DNA from: Thermoplasmatota archaeon
GTDB lineage: Archaea > Thermoplasmatota > E2 > JACPAO01 > JAHFTW01
DNA: 64,000 bases
Reading direction: 5' to 3'
Assembly: GCA_038046785.1 (NCBI GenBank)
Contig: JBBSVM010000003.1
Coordinates: forward strand, 211,228 to 275,227
The number at the start of each line of letters is the position of its first letter. Position 1 is the stretch's first letter. The notes beneath the pieces are model-generated. The model did no database searches and was not told the DNA's origin. It was given only the letters and a program-made list of their open reading frames with translations. A program made the translations under genes and the position numbers. Below, one piece after another: positions 1 to 9,708 of the stretch.

Positions 1-71
1 GACCGTCGAAATGGGTTCCTTCCAGCACGAATGCGCCGACGGGCTCGAACCCTAAAGGTATGCCCTCAGGG

Positions 72-1316
72 TCAACGCTTCTTGCCGCGGCCCTTGCGCA
101 CCGGGCGTTTGGCCGCCTTGCGGGCCTTGGCGGCGCGCTTGGCCGGCTTCGCCTTGCCGCCGTAGGGGACGACCTTCTCGATGAAGCCCTTTACGGTCTC
201 CGTCTCAGGCGGACCTTTGCGCGGCACCGGGATGGGGCGGCGGCGCATCTTCTGGGCCGCCTTGATCCAGGCCTTGGCGCGGCCTTCTTTGACGTTGCTG
301 CCGATGACGGAAGAGTCGAGGCTGGCCAGGTACTTGGTGACCTTCTTGGCGAGCGTCTTGGGCTCGCGCTTCTTCAGGTCGTCGATGCCCTTGACGCCGA
401 CGCGCGCCATCACCTCGGCGTACTGCGGGCCGATGCCCTTCGCCTTCATCATCTCCGCCATCGCTTGCCATTTCTTGACGACCTTGCGCGGCGCTTTGAT
501 GCGCTTGGCGAGCGGTCCCGCCTTCTCGAAGCGCAGGCGGCTCGACGTGTAGACGCCCTCTTTCTGCAGCCGCTTGGCGTAGATGGGGCCGATGCCCTCG
601 ATGTCGATGACCAAATGGTCGTCGCCGGGGAAGTCGCTGTGCGGGACGCGCGGCTTGCGGGCCTTCTTTTTGGCCGGCTTCGTGGCTGGCTTGGCAATTT
701 TGGGTTTGCGCGCCGGGCGGGCGCGGGGCGCGGTCTCACGCAGGACTACGCGCTTCGTCGGCGCACCCGGTTCCCAAGCTTCCTCCACAACGGTGGGTTG
801 GACAGGCGCTGGTTTGGTGTGAACGGGAATGACTTCGCGGTAGACGTGCTCCGAGGGCGTGGGTTCCTCGTCGGAGGCCACGACGTCCACGACCTCTTCG
901 CGCACGACGCGGCGCTCTTCCAACGCCACGTTGCGAATGAGCGGGTCCACGTCCGATTCGGGGTCGAACGGGCGCTCGCCGTGCGGGCTGGTGGTTGCGA
1001 ACTGGCGGCGGCCTTCCCCGTCGTAGGCGAGGACCTGGTTGCCGCGGTCAGTCTCATAGAGTGGGCGAGCCGAACGAGGAACCCGCGACGGCTCGGCAAC
1101 CTCGTCAAAGGCCAGCGGCGCCGACTCCGGCGCTTCCACCTGCCGCACCGGCTCCGGGGCAGGGGACCGCAGTTCGACGCCGTCGAAGTGGAGATGCTTG
1201 ACGTTGCCGCGTTCCAGCACCATTTCCATTGTTCCGGTGAGTGCCACGTCTTCGTCCGGCAACTCCTCGAACGGGGCATCCACAACCGCTTTGCGCCGAC
1301 CGCGTCCAAATGCCAT
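72..1316 (-). CDS. Helix-hairpin-helix (DUF4332-like) domain protein with acidic linker and a strongly basic Lys/Arg C-terminal tail
   Basis: Minus-strand ORF with two HhH-like motifs (IEGIGPIYAKRL, KAKGIGPQYAEVMARVGVKGIDDL) and a K/R-rich tail. The ATG at 1316 is chosen because the 5' part of the long ORF overlaps the confident DtdA gene on the plus strand. Start is uncertain (alternatives at 1229/1223). Confidence 0.5.
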   Translation of the reverse strand: MAFGRGRRKAVVDAPFEELPDEDVALTGTMEMVLERGNVKHLHFDGVELRSPAPEPVRQVEAPESAPLAFDEVAEPSRVPRSARPLYETDRGNQVLAYDGEGRRQFATTSPHGERPFDPESDVDPLIRNVALEERRVVREEVVDVVASDEEPTPSEHVYREVIPVHTKPAPVQPTVVEEAWEPGAPTKRVVLRETAPRARPARKPKIAKPATKPAKKKARKPRVPHSDFPGDDHLVIDIEGIGPIYAKRLQKEGVYTSSRLRFEKAGPLAKRIKAPRKVVKKWQAMAEMMKAKGIGPQYAEVMARVGVKGIDDLKKREPKTLAKKVTKYLASLDSSVIGSNVKEGRAKAWIKAAQKMRRRPIPVPRKGPPETETVKGFIEKVVPYGGKAKPAKRAAKARKAAKRPVRKGRGKKR

Positions 1317-1389
1317 GGCGCCAAACCATGGCCGGGGGGGTTGATAGACGAAGCGGCGAGGCCATGAGGCGCCGCCGGGTCGAGGTGCT

Positions 1390-2217
1390 GTGCGCATCCT
1401 GGTGGCGAACCGGTCCGACCCCGCCTCCTGCAACTTGCGCGACCAGCTCCTCGCCTCGGGGCGGTGGGAGGAGACGAACCGCACCTTCCGCGGCCATGCG
1501 ATGTGGTCGCAGAGCGAAGCGGTTCTGGTCCAGGTCGATGGGCCCGCCATTACCGACGAGGCGCTCGACGGCGACTTGCGCGCGACAGCGCTTCCGGTGC
1601 GCGACGTCTGGTTCCTCTCCAAGCACGCCGCCGCCTCCGGCATGCCGAGCCTCACCGTCCACCCGATTGGCAACCCGGGCGAGGCAAAGTTCGGCGGTCG
1701 CCCGGGCCAACTTGTCCCCGCTGCGGCGCGCGACATGGGAGCGCTGCTGCGCCGGATGCGCCACCACGCAACACGGCTCGGCCTGCCGCACCAGGTGGCG
1801 TATGAGGCGACACACCACGGCCCTTACCTCTCGTTCCCGTCTCTGTTCGTCGAGATTGGCTCCGACGACCGCTGGTACCGCGATGCCGCCTCGGGCGAAG
1901 CGGTCGCCTCCGCCATCCTCGACGTCCTCTCTGGTGAAGGCGCATCGCGCGCACCGGTCTGGGTCGGCATCGGAGGCGGCCATTACGCTCCGCGGGCCAC
2001 CGACATGGCGCTTGAGGGAGAGGCGGATTTCGGCCACCTCATCCCGAGCCATGCCCTCGAAGCGGCCGCCGACGGGCCAGCACTTCTGCGGCAAGCGTTC
2101 GCTGCGACGCCCGGCTGCGCTGGCCTTCATCTCCACCACAAAGGGATGAAGGGCGCTCTGCGCGCGCAGGTTCTGGCTTGGTGCGCCGAGGCGGGGCTCG
2201 CCGTCGCCAACCCGTGA
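1390..2217 (+). CDS. dtdA: D-aminoacyl-tRNA deacylase, archaeal type (DtdA)
   Basis: 275-aa protein whose length and N-terminus (MRILVANRSDPAS...) resemble archaeal D-Tyr-tRNA deacylases. GTG start at 1390. Confidence 0.75.
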   Translation: MRILVANRSDPASCNLRDQLLASGRWEETNRTFRGHAMWSQSEAVLVQVDGPAITDEALDGDLRATALPVRDVWFLSKHAAASGMPSLTVHPIGNPGEAKFGGRPGQLVPAAARDMGALLRRMRHHATRLGLPHQVAYEATHHGPYLSFPSLFVEIGSDDRWYRDAASGEAVASAILDVLSGEGASRAPVWVGIGGGHYAPRATDMALEGEADFGHLIPSHALEAAADGPALLRQAFAATPGCAGLHLHHKGMKGALRAQVLAWCAEAGLAVANP

Positions 2218-2240
2218 GAGCGTAAACGGGCATCGCACCT

Positions 2241-3209
2241 GTGCGAACACTTCCTGAAGTGGTCGCGCTTCCTCCCCGCGTTGTGGCCCAGCCCCGGACC
2301 CTTCTCCTCTCCGCCTTCGCGGCGGTCTATCTCATCTGGGGCAGCACCTACCTCGCCATCCTCATCGCCATCGAATCGATGCCACCGCTCCTGATGGCGG
2401 GCATCCGCTTCCTTGCCGCGGGCGCCATGCTCTGGCCGTTTGCTCGCCCCGGGCCTGGCGAAGCCGCGACGCCGACGCGGCGCGACTGGGCATGGGCCTT
2501 CCTGCTCGGATTCCTCATGTTCCTGATGGGCAACGGTTTCGTTGTTCTTGGCGAACAGTCCCTGCCAAGCGCCGTCGTCGCCCTTCTCGTCGGCGCCGTC
2601 CCGCTCTTCCTCGTTCTCTTTGAATCCATGCAAAAACGGCTTGCTCCCGGCCCCCTCGTGGTGGCGGGACTGGGTGCAGGCCTCGTCGGCGTTGCCCTGC
2701 TCGCCTCCGCCAAAGAGGGCTGGAAGGGCGATTTGGGGCTCTGGGCACTTCTCGGCGTGATGCTGGGAAGTGCTGGCTGGGCCGCCGGCTCGCTGCTGTC
2801 GCGCCGGAACCCAACGCGGCTGCCCCTCCTTCGCAACGTTGCCCTGCAGATGGTGGCGGGCGGCATCTTGCTCACTGTTGCGGCTCTCCTGCGCGGCGAA
2901 CACCGCGGCTTCGACCTCGCCGCCGTGACCGAGCGCAGTTGGCTGGCATGGCTCTACCTCGTTGTGTTCGGCGCCGTCGTCGCCTTCACCGCCTACGCCT
3001 GGCTGCTGCGCAACGTCGCCCCCGCCGTGGCGGGAACGTACGCCTTCGTCAACCCCATCGTCGCCGTCGTTCTTGGCGCCCTGTTTGCACGAGAGCCCAT
3101 TGGAGCGCGCACCGCTGCCGCCGCAGTCCTTGTCGTCGCCGCCGTGGCGCTCATCACACTCGACAAGGCGCGCGCCAGCCGCAAGGCAAAGCAGGACGCC
3201 GCCGCATAG
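2241..3209 (+). CDS. EamA/DMT-family transporter
   Basis: About 10 TM helices with a duplicated EamA-like architecture and typical motif AAVYLIWGSTYLAI. GTG start. Confidence 0.7.
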   Translation: MRTLPEVVALPPRVVAQPRTLLLSAFAAVYLIWGSTYLAILIAIESMPPLLMAGIRFLAAGAMLWPFARPGPGEAATPTRRDWAWAFLLGFLMFLMGNGFVVLGEQSLPSAVVALLVGAVPLFLVLFESMQKRLAPGPLVVAGLGAGLVGVALLASAKEGWKGDLGLWALLGVMLGSAGWAAGSLLSRRNPTRLPLLRNVALQMVAGGILLTVAALLRGEHRGFDLAAVTERSWLAWLYLVVFGAVVAFTAYAWLLRNVAPAVAGTYAFVNPIVAVVLGALFAREPIGARTAAAAVLVVAAVALITLDKARASRKAKQDAAA

Positions 3210-3278
3210 CCGAGGTTCCACAGGAAATCTTGCGATAGCCATCACCACCGTTATCCCCGCGACACCCATCCGTAGCGC

Positions 3279-5180
3279 GTGGCAGAGACCCTCGTTCCCG
3301 ACACCTCCGTGCTGGTGGATGGCCGCATCACCGAACTGGTGAAGGGCGGACAGTTCGCGGGCGCCAAGGTTCTCGTGCCGCTGGCCGCACTCTCAGAGCT
3401 GGAGGCGCAGGCGAACCGAGGACTCGAGACCGGGTTCGCCGGCCTCGACGAGTTGGCGGCGCTGCAGAAGCTCGCCGCGACCGGTGCCATCGCGGTGCAG
3501 TTCGTCGGCGAGCGCCCCTCGGCCGACGAGATTGAGCGCGCCAAGTCGGGCACCATCGACGCCCGCATCCGCGACGCCGCCGTGGCGGCCAAAGCGATCT
3601 ACGTCACTTCCGACCGCGTCAGCGCCCACGCCGCCGCCGCGCAGGGCATCCGTCACCACTACGTCCGCCCCATCGTGCAGGCAACACCGGACCTGACCGG
3701 CCTCAAGCTCTGGCAGTTCTTCGACGCGCAGACCATGTCGGTCCACCTCAAGGCGGACTGCGTCCCGATGGTGAAGCGCGGCCGCCCCGGCGAGGTCGCC
3801 TACCAGCCGCACGGCCCCGCCTCCAAGGAGATGGCGCACACCGAGCTGCGCGCCATCGTGCGCGAGTGCATCGAGCACTGCAAACGGGACTACAACTCCT
3901 TCATCGAGATGGAGAAGCACGGCTGCACCGTCCTGCAGGTCGGCCCGATGCGCATCACCATCGCGCAGCCGCCCTTCTCGGACGGCCTCGAGCTCACGGC
4001 AGTGCGCCCCATCACGAAGAAGCACATCGCCGACTACGAACTGAATGAGGACATCCTGGGCCGCCTGGAAGGGCACGCGCGTGGTCTCTTCATCGCCGGC
4101 CCGCCCGGCTCGGGCAAGTCCACCTTCGCCGCCGCCGTGGCGGAGCATCTGCACAGCCTCGCCCGTGTCGTGAAGACCATGGAGCAGCCGCGCGACCTGC
4201 AGGTTCCCAAGGAGGTCACGCAGTACGGCGCCCTCGACCGCGACATGAAGTGGACCGGCGACGTCATTCTGCTCGTTCGCCCCGACCATGTCCTCTACGA
4301 CGAGGTGCGCACCACCGAGGATTTCCGGACCTTCGGCGACATGCGACTTGCTGGTGTCGGCCTGATTGGCGTGACACACGCCAACCGCGCCATCGACGCC
4401 GTGCAGCGCCTGATTGGCCGCATCGACCTCGGCATGATTCCACAAGTGGTGGACACCGTCCTCTTCATCGACGCCGGCCGCATCGCCCAGATTCTCGAAC
4501 TGGAATACACGGTCAAGGTGCCCGACGGCATGGTCATGGAGGACCTCGCCCGCCCGGTCGTCGTCGTGCGCGATGTTCTTGCCGGCCAGCCGGTGTACGA
4601 ACTCTACACCTACGGCGAGCAGGTGGTCGTCATGCCGCTCAACCAGACGCAGGCGACCCGCGACCCCGCAAGCCAACTTGCCGAGAAGGAGCTGGAGCGC
4701 ATGCTGCGCCGCACCGTGCAGGGCCCGATGGAGGTCACCGTGCGCGGAGGAAAGGCCATCGTCAAAGTGGACGAGTCGGAGGTTCCGCAACTCATCGGCA
4801 AGGGTGGCCGCACCGTGCAGGGCTTGGAGCGCAAACTCGGCATCCGGCTCGACATCAAAGCGCTCACCGGCCCGCCGCGCGGCCGCGACGACGACCGCCA
4901 CCAGGGCGGTTGGGACGGCAAGCGGCCCGCATCCGCTGGCATGCGCGGCGCCGCCGGCGTCCCGCGCATCCGCGTCAAACGCGCCAGCACCAACATCTTC
5001 CTTCTCGTCGATGGCGCCAAGTCGGGCCAGGTGTACCAGGTCGAAGCTGAGGGCGCCATCATCGGCGAGGCGACCGCGAGCAACCAAGGGCGGCTGCGCT
5101 TCAAGCTGGATACCCCGGAAGGCATGGCGCTCGACCAGGCAGACAAGCGCGGACTGGTCCTCTCCGTCCAGGTTGCGTAG
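3279..5180 (+). CDS. PIN domain / PhoH-like ATPase / KH domain protein (archaeal PIN-ATPase-KH family)
   Basis: N-terminal PIN-like region, Walker A GPPGSGKST, C-terminal KH motif (LIGKGGRTVQGLERKLGIRLDI) and an extra ~100-aa tail. GTG start at 3279. Confidence 0.75.
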   Translation: MAETLVPDTSVLVDGRITELVKGGQFAGAKVLVPLAALSELEAQANRGLETGFAGLDELAALQKLAATGAIAVQFVGERPSADEIERAKSGTIDARIRDAAVAAKAIYVTSDRVSAHAAAAQGIRHHYVRPIVQATPDLTGLKLWQFFDAQTMSVHLKADCVPMVKRGRPGEVAYQPHGPASKEMAHTELRAIVRECIEHCKRDYNSFIEMEKHGCTVLQVGPMRITIAQPPFSDGLELTAVRPITKKHIADYELNEDILGRLEGHARGLFIAGPPGSGKSTFAAAVAEHLHSLARVVKTMEQPRDLQVPKEVTQYGALDRDMKWTGDVILLVRPDHVLYDEVRTTEDFRTFGDMRLAGVGLIGVTHANRAIDAVQRLIGRIDLGMIPQVVDTVLFIDAGRIAQILELEYTVKVPDGMVMEDLARPVVVVRDVLAGQPVYELYTYGEQVVVMPLNQTQATRDPASQLAEKELERMLRRTVQGPMEVTVRGGKAIVKVDESEVPQLIGKGGRTVQGLERKLGIRLDIKALTGPPRGRDDDRHQGGWDGKRPASAGMRGAAGVPRIRVKRASTNIFLLVDGAKSGQVYQVEAEGAIIGEATASNQGRLRFKLDTPEGMALDQADKRGLVLSVQVA

Positions 5181-5266
5181 ATAGTTCTCTATCCATTGCT
5201 AAGGGTCAGTAAACTGGACACCCTATACCCCCCCCGCTTCTGCATCACGCGGTTCTTGCCGCGCTG

Positions 5267-5698
5267 ATGAATATGCCGAAGAAAAATCTCTCCCGAACAT
5301 TCGGAACAGCAGCCATTGTCCTTCTGACCTTGGCATCCGTCGCGGCAACGACTCCCGCATCTGCTATGACATCAAGGGTTTGCGTGCCCGTTCCGGGTTT
5401 CGTGGAGGTTACGTGCGCCACGGCGACTGCCAACGGCTCCTGCACCTCAACCACTTGCTTCGCCAACGGTGGAGGAAAGGCTTTCGATGCCTTGAGCCCG
5501 GTTCAGGGCATTTTCCGAATTGTTATGTTCTCCACTTTGGAATTTTCGAACTGTAATGCCCCCGCAGCACTCGAATGCAGCACTCGAACCCACAGCGCGA
5601 GCAGCGGCATTTTGTCTGCTGGAACGATCTGTGCACAATCGGAAATGTGGGCGGTTGGCACGTCCAGCATTCGCGCCATGGCACAAGACCTCTGCTAA
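5267..5698 (+). CDS. Small Cys-rich secreted protein (hypothetical)
   Basis: Clear N-terminal signal peptide (AAIVLLTLASVAATTPASA) and more than 10 Cys in 143 aa. It lies in a locally low-GC patch, so the coding call is weak. Confidence 0.35.
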   Translation: MNMPKKNLSRTFGTAAIVLLTLASVAATTPASAMTSRVCVPVPGFVEVTCATATANGSCTSTTCFANGGGKAFDALSPVQGIFRIVMFSTLEFSNCNAPAALECSTRTHSASSGILSAGTICAQSEMWAVGTSSIRAMAQDLC

Positions 5699-5713
5699 GC
5701 GGCGAGACGACTC

Positions 5714-7141
5714 ATGCGATTCATTCTTGTCCTTCTCCTCCTTTCTCTCGCCATCGCCGGGTGCGCAGGAACCCCTCCACCACCCACCCCCACGGCGCCA
5801 TATTCTGAGACGATTGTTGGGCCGCGCCTCCACAGCTTCCAAGCCCAATATGCAAGCAAGGACGGCATCAGCATCGGCCTCGCCCTGTCCCAGCCACGGT
5901 TGATTGCAGACCATGATCTGAAACTGCGGACCGCCTGGCCACTGGATGTGATTCCGATTATCCCCGCTGGTCCTGACGAAGGACGCGAAGCCGTTGCGAT
6001 TCGGTACTGGCTCGATGGGGACCTCGACGTCGTGCGCATCGAAACAGGTCGCTGCCCAACGCGCCCTGTATCCGATTCGTGCAATCCCGACACTCAATCC
6101 TTTTTTGCCTATTGGGGCGCCCAGGGAAGTCTGCCCCCGTTCGGTCTTGACCTGCCCCGACGACTTGGAACAAGCACGGCCGTCGCGTACAGCCTAAACG
6201 GCCGCCCGTTTGACAGCGTTGTCGAGCGTGCAGAGGTCGGAGGCGTCCTTCAGCTCAAGATTCCCGAAGCCGCAGCCTCGGCGGTGATGGCGTTCCTTTC
6301 GCACGGAGCGACGTACGACTATGGCAACTCCTCGGACTGGTTGCCTACGAGAATATCAAATCTGCATTACTACCCGGCCCAGAAACTGCCTTCGGCTCCC
6401 CTCTCAACGCTCTTCCTTGTCCAGTATGAAGGCGGACCAGCCCTTGCGCCAATTGATGCTTGGCCAAAGCAGTCCGTAGCAGTGAGCGGAATCTATCAGC
6501 CCATCTACAACGGACAGAACGAGCCGTTCTTCGATCCGGGCTATACGACGGCCGAGGGATTGGAGTTTTTGGTCGATTCTCGCGACGAAGTTCGCCAGGC
6601 ACTTGAAAACGGCGGGTGCGTCCGGCTCCACGGCCTGAGTCCGGGCGGTTCCGGAAGTGTCATGGGAATCGAAACCAACGGCCGAGCCAACCTCTTCTAT
6701 GCGGTCGAGACGCCGACGGGGGAGATTCTTGAATGGGGCGTCGATCGCGATGTGAGTCTGGGCACTTTTGAACGGTATTCCATCTCGTCGTCCTCGCCAG
6801 AAGTGTACAAGACTAGGGCGGATGCTGGTTCTTGCCGCGACCTCAGCAACCTACCGGGGTCCGTGACGACAGGCGCACAGTTTTGGGAGGCCGTCAAGCA
6901 ACTGCCCATCCAATCGCAAGGGTACGAGTTGACCACATTCAGTTTTGGCAGCCTGCGACTTGGCCTTCTACCCGCCTCAGGGCTCGACATCGCACAGAGT
7001 TATTCCGGCGTCTACTTCCCGCCTGGCGGTGGTTTCGCTAGATTCGCGACCATGTACGGTGCAACCGGACGCTGGTCCGAGATGATTCTGGGACAAAACG
7101 ACCTCGACGCTATCGACCGTGGCGAACGTCTGACCCCGTGA
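5714..7141 (+). CDS. Hypothetical lipoprotein (lipobox IAGC)
   Basis: Signal peptide plus lipobox LAIAGCAG followed by a Pro/Thr linker. No recognisable domain. GC is somewhat lower than the surroundings. Confidence 0.55.
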   Translation: MRFILVLLLLSLAIAGCAGTPPPPTPTAPYSETIVGPRLHSFQAQYASKDGISIGLALSQPRLIADHDLKLRTAWPLDVIPIIPAGPDEGREAVAIRYWLDGDLDVVRIETGRCPTRPVSDSCNPDTQSFFAYWGAQGSLPPFGLDLPRRLGTSTAVAYSLNGRPFDSVVERAEVGGVLQLKIPEAAASAVMAFLSHGATYDYGNSSDWLPTRISNLHYYPAQKLPSAPLSTLFLVQYEGGPALAPIDAWPKQSVAVSGIYQPIYNGQNEPFFDPGYTTAEGLEFLVDSRDEVRQALENGGCVRLHGLSPGGSGSVMGIETNGRANLFYAVETPTGEILEWGVDRDVSLGTFERYSISSSSPEVYKTRADAGSCRDLSNLPGSVTTGAQFWEAVKQLPIQSQGYELTTFSFGSLRLGLLPASGLDIAQSYSGVYFPPGGGFARFATMYGATGRWSEMILGQNDLDAIDRGERLTP

Positions 7142-8223
7142 CGGCAAAGCCTTTCGCCCATCCCGTCTGGGCCCGGCCCATGCGTGGTTTGGCGTTCCTG
7201 TCCGTCTCAGCTCTGCTCCTTGCCGGTTGCGCCGGCTCGGACGATGCCGCCGCCCCCTCGACCGCCAGCCCGAAAGGCGCTTCGGCGAGCCTCGCCCAGA
7301 ACGACACCCTGGAGGCCCCGGCCTGGAAAGTCGGCCAGGCGTGGGACCACCGCTACACGATTGGCCAAGAGATTCCCATCGAGTTCCTGGCCTCCGTTGT
7401 GGTGGCCAAGGACGAGGGCGCCTCGTGGCGCGTCGCCTCTCCCGACAACCTGACCGCCGCCTTGCACGCCGTGGTGTATTTCCCCGACCTTGGCTCCTTC
7501 ACGAAGAGCGAACTGCTTGCCAGCGACGGCGAGCGCTCCACGCCCTGGTACGATTTCCCACTCACCGACGGCAAGACCTGGCGCGCCACGGAGAAGAACC
7601 TCGACTTCAACCTCCAGCCGGTGAACTACGACCTCGAGTGCACGGCGACCCTCCGGCCGGGCGCCAACGGCCAGCCCACCACGTACGGCATCACCTGCCT
7701 CTCCGGCGGCAACCTACGCTCCAAGTACGACTACGACCCGACCATCGGCTGGTTCTCCGAGTTCCGCGCCTACGACCCCGCCGCCGCGGCGGCCGAGGAC
7801 GCGTGGGACCTGCGCATCATCCATGAGCGGCTCTCGTTCAACAACACCGGCATGGCCTACGTCAGCACCGCGACGCAGGTCGCGAACCACATCAGCGTGG
7901 TCGCGCCGGATCCGTCCGCCATCGCCCCCAACCCGACCAGCACCTTCACGCTCACCCCCGATCACGACCGGCTGCTCGGCTTCCTCTTCAGCTTCGCCGC
8001 GACCGGCGTCGCGAACACGGAGATTTACGACCCCATGATGCGACGCGTCACCGGCTACCAGGCGGCCGAGACCCCGGCGGGCGCCTTCATGGATGGACCC
8101 GACCTCCTCTTCATCGACGGCGTCGCCGGCGAGTGGCGCATCGTTTCCTACGGCGCAGGCGTTGCCACAGGCGGCGGCTTCATCGCCTGGGGCGTCAGCG
8201 AAACGGAACTCGTGATTGGCTGA
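7138..8223 (+). CDS. Hypothetical lipoprotein (lipobox LAGC)
   Basis: GTG start overlapping the upstream stop (GTGA). Contains LLLAGCAGSDD. An alternative start is the Met at 7180. Confidence 0.55.
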   Translation: MTAKPFAHPVWARPMRGLAFLSVSALLLAGCAGSDDAAAPSTASPKGASASLAQNDTLEAPAWKVGQAWDHRYTIGQEIPIEFLASVVVAKDEGASWRVASPDNLTAALHAVVYFPDLGSFTKSELLASDGERSTPWYDFPLTDGKTWRATEKNLDFNLQPVNYDLECTATLRPGANGQPTTYGITCLSGGNLRSKYDYDPTIGWFSEFRAYDPAAAAAEDAWDLRIIHERLSFNNTGMAYVSTATQVANHISVVAPDPSAIAPNPTSTFTLTPDHDRLLGFLFSFAATGVANTEIYDPMMRRVTGYQAAETPAGAFMDGPDLLFIDGVAGEWRIVSYGAGVATGGGFIAWGVSETELVIG

Positions 8224-9675
8224 TCAGCCGACGCGGCCACCAAAGAGCGACGGGCCGGAGACAAGGCGAGCGAAGGCAAGCTGCTGGTCGCGCGAATCGT
8301 CGGGCGTCGCGTCGGGACCCTTGCACGCCTCGGAGATGCAGCCGTCCCCGAACGCGATGAAGAGCCGTCCGTCTGGGGCCACGACCATGTCGTTGTAGTT
8401 GAGCAAGTTCCGGCTCGGGTCTCCGCCGCCTCCTTCCCAGATGGGACCGACCTGGACCGGGTCGTTGTCTGATGTGACGCGGCGTGTCACGAAGGTGGGT
8501 GCCTCGCCGTCGGCGTCGAGGCTCATGCCGGCGTAGAGGTGCCAACGCGCCTCGGCGGGGGCGTTCGTGGCGTTGGGGACCTCGCCCGCGAACGGCGTGG
8601 TGTGGCCGAGGAATGACCAGGCGATGCGCCCCTCCGAGCCAGCCACCAAGGTGGGGAAGATGGTTCCAGAGACCTCGGGCGGGGTGATGTCCCACGGCCC
8701 GTCGAAGGTGACAAAACGGTCCGAGGAGCGCAGCAAGTGCATGCGCTGGTCGTCGCTGCGGTAGAGGTAGTATGCGGTGCCGTCCGTGGTCACGGCAACG
8801 GCGGGGTCAGCCTCGACGAGGGAGAAGCCCAAGCGGCGCGGCGTCCAGCTGAAACCGCCATCCGTGGAGACGCCGACGAAGGCGAGGCCGCAGTTGAGAC
8901 CGTACGGGACGTAGATTGTGCCGTCGGGGGCGTAGGTTTGGTGGCCGTTGAGGCCGCCGCAGCCGCGGTCGGTCGCGACGCCGGAACTGAACGTGTTGAT
9001 GTCGACGAGACCTTCATACACGAACGTCAGGCCGCCGTTCACCGAGATGGAGCAGAAGGTGCCGCCAATCTTGTTGTAGCACATCGAGACATGATTCGGG
9101 TACGCTGGGTTGCCGCTCGCGGGGGCGAACGGCGAGCCTGCGGCGTACGGTCCCGTGGCGATTTTCTGGTGGTCGATTCCGGGGGTGCCGCAAGAAACCG
9201 GGCTCTGAATCCAGGTCTCTCCCTCATCGTCGGAGGCGGAGAGCCAAGCGCAGGCAATGGTGAGCTGGTGCGCGAAGACGCGCCCGGTCACCTCGTCCAC
9301 CCAGAGCATCGTCTCGAAGGTGCTCGGGGAGCCGGTCGGATTGGCGAGCTGTTCCCACGTTGTGCCGCCGTCGGTGGAGCGCAAGACGGTCTGGACGACG
9401 CCGAGGGCGCCCGGCTCGAAGCCTGCCATGAACAGGGCGCCACTCGCGGCAATGCCCATCGTCGGTTCCGTGCCGGAGAAGCCGATGTTCTTCCAATCAA
9501 ACTCAAACCCGCCCTCGAACGCCGCGGGCAGGCCGGTCCCGTTCCCGAGGATCCTCAGGTCAGGGTCCACGGTGGTGGGCGCCTGTGTCGTCGACGCGAC
9601 CGGCTCCGGCGCAGGGGCGGCGCAGCCCGCAAGAACCACGAGGGCGACAAGAACAACGGACCGATGCACGCACAA
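8224..9675 (-). CDS. BNR/Asp-box repeat protein (sialidase/glycosyl-hydrolase-like beta-propeller), lipoprotein
   Basis: Three SxDxGxTW Asp-box motifs (STDGGTTW, SDDEGETW, STDGGFSW) and an N-terminal VLAGC lipobox. Confidence 0.65.
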   Translation of the reverse strand: MCVHRSVVLVALVVLAGCAAPAPEPVASTTQAPTTVDPDLRILGNGTGLPAAFEGGFEFDWKNIGFSGTEPTMGIAASGALFMAGFEPGALGVVQTVLRSTDGGTTWEQLANPTGSPSTFETMLWVDEVTGRVFAHQLTIACAWLSASDDEGETWIQSPVSCGTPGIDHQKIATGPYAAGSPFAPASGNPAYPNHVSMCYNKIGGTFCSISVNGGLTFVYEGLVDINTFSSGVATDRGCGGLNGHQTYAPDGTIYVPYGLNCGLAFVGVSTDGGFSWTPRRLGFSLVEADPAVAVTTDGTAYYLYRSDDQRMHLLRSSDRFVTFDGPWDITPPEVSGTIFPTLVAGSEGRIAWSFLGHTTPFAGEVPNATNAPAEARWHLYAGMSLDADGEAPTFVTRRVTSDNDPVQVGPIWEGGGGDPSRNLLNYNDMVVAPDGRLFIAFGDGCISEACKGPDATPDDSRDQQLAFARLVSGPSLFGGRVG

Positions 9676-9708
9676 CCGCTTCGATTTTCCAGCTTAAGCT
9701 TTGCGTCA

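Noticed and set aside
1-100. tRNA-like T-loop (GGGTTCGAGCCC) on the minus strand at the window edge
   Set aside because: No convincing acceptor/anticodon stem complement could be built, and it overlaps the 3' end of the 72-1316 CDS. Probably chance.
60-1367. 435-aa plus-strand ORF rich in L/R/G/A
   Set aside because: Low-complexity, Arg/Leu-rich composition typical of antisense frames in high-GC DNA. It overlaps the minus-strand gene, which has a recognisable HhH domain.
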